From a phage, in the sequence record PZ195121.1: DNA of 3,361 nt; one strand, 5' to 3'. The number at the start of each line of letters is the position of its first letter. Within the stretch, counting starts at the first letter, position 1. Positions 1 through 3,361 of the stretch are shown piece by piece. The notes beneath the pieces were generated by a model. That model worked only from the letters and a program-made list of their open reading frames with translations, made no database searches and was not told where the DNA came from. The translations under genes and the position numbers were made by a program.

Positions 1-51
1 TACCATGCCGTCAGGTTTAGGTGACGGTATATTCCATATACCGGAGGATCT
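1..51 (+). other. 5' untranslated leader (partial) upstream of the maturation gene, with stem-loops
   Basis: Seen in sequence: no convincing ORF with an RBS; potential hairpins CCGUCA(8-13)/UGACGG(22-27) and GGUAUAU(26-32)/AUAUACC(36-42, loop UCC) directly 5' of the Shine-Dalgarno. The two stems share G26-G27, so they are partly alternative folds. Window does not begin with the GGG typical of levivirus 5' ends, so the leader is probably incomplete. Confidence 0.6.
43..48 (+). promoter_or_regulatory. Shine-Dalgarno (GGAGGA) for the maturation protein gene
   Basis: GGAGGA at 43-48, followed by a 3-nt spacer and ATG at 52. Spacing is on the short side but acceptable. Confidence 0.6.
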
Positions 52-1224
52 ATGTTTCCGAAGTCAAATATCGATAGAAATTACAAGGTCAAACTTATCT
101 CTTACGACAAGAAAGGGAACCTTGTTTCCGACGACTCTTTCGAGCAAGTCGAAAACTATCTCTTTCAAAATCGTTCGAGTACGTATAAACCTGGTTATAT
201 CCGTCGCGACTTTCGAAGACCGACTAACTTTTGGAACGGCTTTCGCTGTTTCAACCAGCCAGTTGGTACCTTCACTCGGAAACTCTCTGATGGTGGGAGA
301 CAAGTTGCTGATTACGGCATTGTGAACCCTAATAAGTTCACTGCCAACAGTCAGCACTTGGGGGACAACATGGTAATTTACCCTGGTCCTTTCTCTATAA
401 ATATTGATCAGCGTGCTTCTGTCGAAGTCCTCAATAAGCTTTCACAATCGAACCTCAATATTGGGGTTGCAATTGCTGAAGCTAAGATGACTGCGTCATT
501 ACTCGCTAAACAATCTATAGCTCTCATCAGAGCCTACACTGCTGCAAAGCGCGGTAATTGGCGAGAGGTGTTTTCTCAACTCCTCATCTCCGAACACCGT
601 TTCAGAGCTCCTGCTAAGGATCTCGGAGGTCGATGGCTCGAACTGCAGTACGGTTGGTTACCCCTTATGAGCGATTTGAAAGCTGCATATGATTTGCTGA
701 CGCAAACCAAACTGCCTGCTTTCATGCCCTTGAGGGTCACCCGCACCGTTGGCGGAACGCACAGTTATAAAGTGCGCAACGTCGAATCTGCAGGGGATAC
801 TTGGTCCTATAGCGATCGTTTGTCGGTGAATTACCGAATATGGTATTTCATTTCCGATCCACGTCTCGCATGGGCTAGTTCCCTCGGGCTTCTTAACCCT
901 TTAGAAATTTATTGGGAAAAGACGCCTTGGTCGTTCGTTGTTGACTGGTTCTTACCTGTCGGTAATCTTATAGAAGCCATGAGTAATCCTCTTGGCCTCG
1001 ACATTATTTCCGGCACGAAGACCTGGCAACTTGAATCAAAACTCAATGCAACGCTTCTGGCTCCGGGCTGGTCTGGAACTGCAAAGTTGTCTGCATACGC
1101 GAAAGCATATGACAGATCTACTTTCTATTCCTTTCCCACCCCTTTGCCTTACGTGAAATCTCCACTTAGTGGTCTTCACTTAGCGAATGCATTGGCCTTA
1201 ATCAACCAACGCCTGAAAAGGTAA
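52..1224 (+). CDS. mat: Maturation protein (A protein; pilus-binding, RNA-attached virion protein)
   Basis: 390-aa ORF ending TAA (1222-1224). It is the first gene, directly upstream of an unmistakable levivirus coat gene, and the size matches group I/II levivirus A proteins (about 390 aa). RBS GGAGGA upstream. Function assigned by position, size and family context, not by a recognised motif. Confidence 0.88.
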   Translation: MFPKSNIDRNYKVKLISYDKKGNLVSDDSFEQVENYLFQNRSSTYKPGYIRRDFRRPTNFWNGFRCFNQPVGTFTRKLSDGGRQVADYGIVNPNKFTANSQHLGDNMVIYPGPFSINIDQRASVEVLNKLSQSNLNIGVAIAEAKMTASLLAKQSIALIRAYTAAKRGNWREVFSQLLISEHRFRAPAKDLGGRWLELQYGWLPLMSDLKAAYDLLTQTKLPAFMPLRVTRTVGGTHSYKVRNVESAGDTWSYSDRLSVNYRIWYFISDPRLAWASSLGLLNPLEIYWEKTPWSFVVDWFLPVGNLIEAMSNPLGLDIISGTKTWQLESKLNATLLAPGWSGTAKLSAYAKAYDRSTFYSFPTPLPYVKSPLSGLHLANALALINQRLKR

Positions 1225-1228
1225 TTAC

Positions 1229-1232
1229 GGAG
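1229..1232 (+). promoter_or_regulatory. Shine-Dalgarno (GGAG) for the coat gene
   Basis: GGAG at 1229-1232, 8 nt upstream of ATG 1241. The start codon lies in a small self-complementary element GCCAUAUGGC (1236-1245). Confidence 0.65.
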
Positions 1233-1240
1233 TTAGCCAT

Positions 1241-1633
1241 ATGGCAACTTTACGCAGTTTTGTACTCGTCGATAATGGCGGTACGGGGAATGTTACTGTC
1301 GTTCCTGTTAGCAATGCCAACGGCGTCGCTGAGTGGCTTTCTAATAACTCGCGCAGTCAAGCTTATCGCGTGACTGCCAGTTATCGTGCGTCAGGCGCGG
1401 ACAAGCGCAAATACACCATCAAACTTGAAGTGCCGAAGATCGTCACTCAAGTTGTAAACGGTGTTGAGCTGCCTGTTTCCGCATGGAAGGCTTACGCCTC
1501 TATTGACCTGACCATCCCTATCTTTGCTGCAACCGACGATGTGACCGTTATTTCCAAGTCACTCGCTGGTCTGTTCAAAGTTGGGAACCCTATCGCTGAC
1601 GCCATCTCTTCTCAGAGTGGCTTCTACGCATAA
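1241..1633 (+). CDS. cp: Coat (capsid) protein, levivirus group II (GA-like)
   Basis: 130-aa ORF, MATLRSFVLVDNGGTGNVTVVPVSNANGVAEWLSNNSRSQAYRVTASYRASGADKRKY...TIPIFAATDD...GNPIADAISSQSGFYA. Shows the conserved levivirus coat signature (FVLVDNGGTG, NGVAEWLS.NSRSQAY, ELTIPIF-like, GNPI) and is near-identical to my recollection of the phage GA coat protein. Single TAA stop with a second stop 2 codons downstream, so no read-through extension. Confidence 0.95.
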   Translation: MATLRSFVLVDNGGTGNVTVVPVSNANGVAEWLSNNSRSQAYRVTASYRASGADKRKYTIKLEVPKIVTQVVNGVELPVSAWKAYASIDLTIPIFAATDDVTVISKSLAGLFKVGNPIADAISSQSGFYA

Positions 1634-1824
1634 TGGGTCTGAAAGCAAAACATAAGGAAAACCTATGTTCCGATTCACAGAGGTCGAAAAGACTCTATGT
1701 ATGGATCGCACTCGCGATTGTGCTGTCCGATTTCACGTCTATCTTCAGTCATTGGATTTGGGGTCTTCTGATCCTCATTCTCCAGACTTTGATGGACTTG
1801 CCTACCTTCGTGATGAATGTTTAA
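1633..1824 (+). CDS. lys: Lysis protein (L-type single-gene lysis protein), overlapping coat stop and replicase start in a third frame
   Basis: 63-aa ORF whose ATG overlaps the coat stop (UAAUG at 1631-1635). Basic N-terminal region (KAKHKENL...RSKR) followed by a hydrophobic helix-like segment (LYVWIALAIVLSDFTSIFSHWIWGLLILILQTL) that contains an LS dipeptide, as in MS2 L. Position and size match the known lysis gene of group II leviviruses. Confidence 0.8.
   Translation: MGLKAKHKENLCSDSQRSKRLYVWIALAIVLSDFTSIFSHWIWGLLILILQTLMDLPTFVMNV
1649..1669 (+). promoter_or_regulatory. Coat-protein-binding translational operator hairpin at the replicase start (also the likely packaging signal)
   Basis: AACAUAAGGAAAACCUAUGUU folds as stem 1649-1653/1665-1669, bulged A1654, stem 1655-1657/1662-1664, tetraloop AAAA 1658-1661. 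The replicase AUG (1665-1667) is in the 3' arm and the SD (AGGA, 1655-1658) is in the stem/loop. Architecture matches the MS2/GA operator (bulged purine plus 4-nt A-rich loop). Confidence 0.85.
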
Positions 1825-3263
1825 CTAAACACCCCTCACTTGGAGACAGTAATTCGGACGCACGCCGTAAGGAATTGGCATATGCCAAACTTATGGATAG
1901 TGATCAAAGATGCAAAATCCAAAACAGTAACGGATACGACTACTCTCATATCGAGAGTGGCGTACTGAGTGGTATACTCAAGACCGCTCAGGCCCTTGTG
2001 GCGAACTTGCTTACGGGTTTTGAATCTCACTTCCTGAACGATTGTTCATTCTCCAATGGAGCCTCACAAGGGTTCAAGTTGCGGGATGCAGCGCCGTTTA
2101 AGAAGATCGCTGGGCAAGCAACCGTTACAGCTCCTGCTTATGACATTGCCGTGGCCGCCGTTAAAACGTGCGCACCGTGGTATGCTTATATGCAGGAAAC
2201 GTATGGCGATGAGACCAAATGGTTTCGTCGGGTATACGGCAACGGTTTGTTTTCTGTTCCGAAGAACAATAAAATAGATCGGGCTGCCTGTAAGGAGCCT
2301 GATATGAATATGTACCTTCAGAAAGGGGCGGGTTCTTTTATAAGAAAACGCCTTCGTTCTGTCGGTATAGATCTTAACGATCAAACGTGCAATCAGGAAT
2401 TAGCCCGACTTGGCAGCATTGATGGTTCACTTGCTACTATTGATCTTAGTAGCGCTAGTGATTCTATCTCTGACCGCCTCGTCTGGGATTTACTTCCACC
2501 GCACGTTTATTCATACCTCGCTCGTATTCGTTCGTCTTTCACTATGATCGACGGACGGTTACACAAGTGGGGTCTATTTTCTACCATGGGCAATGGCTTT
2601 ACATTCGAACTCGAGTCCATGATCTTTTGGGCTCTAAGTAAGAGTGTTATGCTATCCATGGGTGTTACTGGCTCATTAGGCATCTACGGTGATGATATAA
2701 TCGTCCCCGTTGAGTGTGCCCCGACCCTCCTTAAGGTACTATCCGCCGTAAACTTTCTTCCAAATGAAAAGAAGACGTTTATAACGGGTTACTTTCGTGA
2801 GAGTTGTGGTGCTCATTTCTTTAAAGGTGCCGACATGAAACCTTTTTACTGCAAGCGGCCAATGGAAACCCTTCCCGATGTCATGTTGCTTTGCAACAGG
2901 ATAAGGGGTTGGCAGACCGTTGGTGGAATGTCAGATCCGCGGCTCTTTCCTATTTGGAAGGAGTTCGCTGATATGATTCCGCCGAAGTTTAAGGGTGGAT
3001 GTAACCTAGATCGCGACACTTACCTCGTTTCGCCGGATAAACCCGGTGATACATTGGTTCGTATCGCTAAGGTACGCTCTGGTTTTAACCATGCGTTCCC
3101 GTACGGTCATGAAAGTGGCCGTTACGTCCATTGGTTACATATGGGATCGGGAGAAGTTCTCGAGACCATATCCTCCGCCAGGTTCAGGTGCAAACCTAAC
3201 TCGGAATGGAGAACACAGATCCCTCTATTTCCACAGGAATTAGAGGCCTGCGTTCTCTCCTGA
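1665..3263 (+). CDS. rep: RNA-dependent RNA polymerase (replicase beta subunit)
   Basis: 532-aa ORF. Catalytic YGDD motif (LGIYGDDIIVP; GDD codons at 2688-2696, in frame). Last and largest gene in canonical levivirus order. Tandem stops UGA-UAG at 3261-3266. Confidence 0.95.
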   Translation: MFRFTEVEKTLCMDRTRDCAVRFHVYLQSLDLGSSDPHSPDFDGLAYLRDECLTKHPSLGDSNSDARRKELAYAKLMDSDQRCKIQNSNGYDYSHIESGVLSGILKTAQALVANLLTGFESHFLNDCSFSNGASQGFKLRDAAPFKKIAGQATVTAPAYDIAVAAVKTCAPWYAYMQETYGDETKWFRRVYGNGLFSVPKNNKIDRAACKEPDMNMYLQKGAGSFIRKRLRSVGIDLNDQTCNQELARLGSIDGSLATIDLSSASDSISDRLVWDLLPPHVYSYLARIRSSFTMIDGRLHKWGLFSTMGNGFTFELESMIFWALSKSVMLSMGVTGSLGIYGDDIIVPVECAPTLLKVLSAVNFLPNEKKTFITGYFRESCGAHFFKGADMKPFYCKRPMETLPDVMLLCNRIRGWQTVGGMSDPRLFPIWKEFADMIPPKFKGGCNLDRDTYLVSPDKPGDTLVRIAKVRSGFNHAFPYGHESGRYVHWLHMGSGEVLETISSARFRCKPNSEWRTQIPLFPQELEACVLS

Positions 3264-3361
3264 TAGTATCAGGACCTCCCCGGACGGGGTGGGTGTGACC
3301 GAAAGGCCACTATGGAGGTGAATCCTCCACCGCCCAAAAGGCGGTTATCGGTGACTAGTTT
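3264..3361 (+). other. 3' untranslated region (probably truncated) with multiple stable stem-loops
   Basis: Seen in sequence: hairpins CCUGA(3259-3263)/UCAGG(3269-3273) enclosing the replicase stop, CCCC(3278-3281)/GGGG(3286-3289) with loop GGAC, GGAGG(3314-3318)/CCUCC(3324-3328), and ACCGCC(3329-3334)/GGCGGU(3340-3345) with loop CAAAA. Window ends ...GACUAGUUU rather than the ...CCCA 3' terminus expected for leviviruses. Confidence 0.6.

Noticed and set aside
5-325. 106-aa + strand ORF overlapping the maturation gene start in another frame
   Set aside because: Starts 4 nt from the window edge with no visible RBS; the maturation ORF at 52 has a clear SD and the expected size. No known levivirus gene at this position.
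64-357. 97-aa ORF on the minus strand
   Set aside because: The genome is positive-sense ssRNA; the complementary strand is a replication intermediate and is not known to be translated in leviviruses. No RBS seen, it lies fully inside the maturation gene, and its composition is consistent with a chance ORF.
1236-1245. Perfect 10-nt palindrome GCCATATGGC at the coat start, considered as a possible restriction site or DNA-binding site
   Set aside because: In an RNA genome a DNA palindrome has no protein-binding meaning. It is more plausibly a small RNA hairpin presenting the coat AUG, and is too short to call confidently.
1836-2030. 64-aa ORF on the minus strand
   Set aside because: Same reasoning: antisense to the replicase gene, no supporting signals, typical size for a random ORF.
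2056-2277. 73-aa + strand ORF nested in the replicase gene
   Set aside because: Out of frame and internal to replicase, arginine-rich low-complexity translation, no SD upstream; most likely a chance ORF.
2064-2384. 106-aa ORF on the minus strand
   Set aside because: Antisense to replicase; no known antisense-encoded levivirus protein; no RBS or conserved motif.
3046-3243. 65-aa + strand ORF nested in the 3' end of the replicase gene
   Set aside because: No RBS and no precedent; nested in the replicase coding sequence in another frame. Leviviruses are only known to embed a lysis gene, which is already accounted for at 1633-1824.
1-3361. A novel or undescribed system (defence island, CRISPR, toxin-antitoxin, mobile element) as suggested by the task framing
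   Set aside because: Every segment of the window is explained by the four canonical genes and UTRs of a well-characterised ssRNA phage family. There are no repeat arrays, no integrase or transposase, and no tRNA. Claiming novelty would not be supported by the sequence.

Overview
The whole window reads as a near-complete cDNA copy of a positive-sense ssRNA coliphage genome (Leviviricetes/Fiersviridae, MS2/GA-like 'Emesvirus' type), and I see no evidence of an undescribed system. Four + strand genes in the canonical order account for almost every base: maturation (A) protein 52..1224, coat protein 1241..1633, a small overlapping lysis protein 1633..1824, and the RNA-dependent RNA replicase 1665..3263 with a YGDD catalytic motif. 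The coat protein sequence matches, from memory and without a database search, the group II phage GA coat protein almost residue for residue. The coat-protein operator hairpin (bulged A, AAAA tetraloop) sits over the replicase start codon, and there are short structured 5' and 3' untranslated regions. There is no coat read-through extension, so this is not Qbeta-like. The extreme termini expected for this family (5' GGG..., 3' ...CCCA) are not visible, so the window is probably slightly truncated at both ends. All minus-strand ORFs and small nested + ORFs are best explained as chance ORFs.
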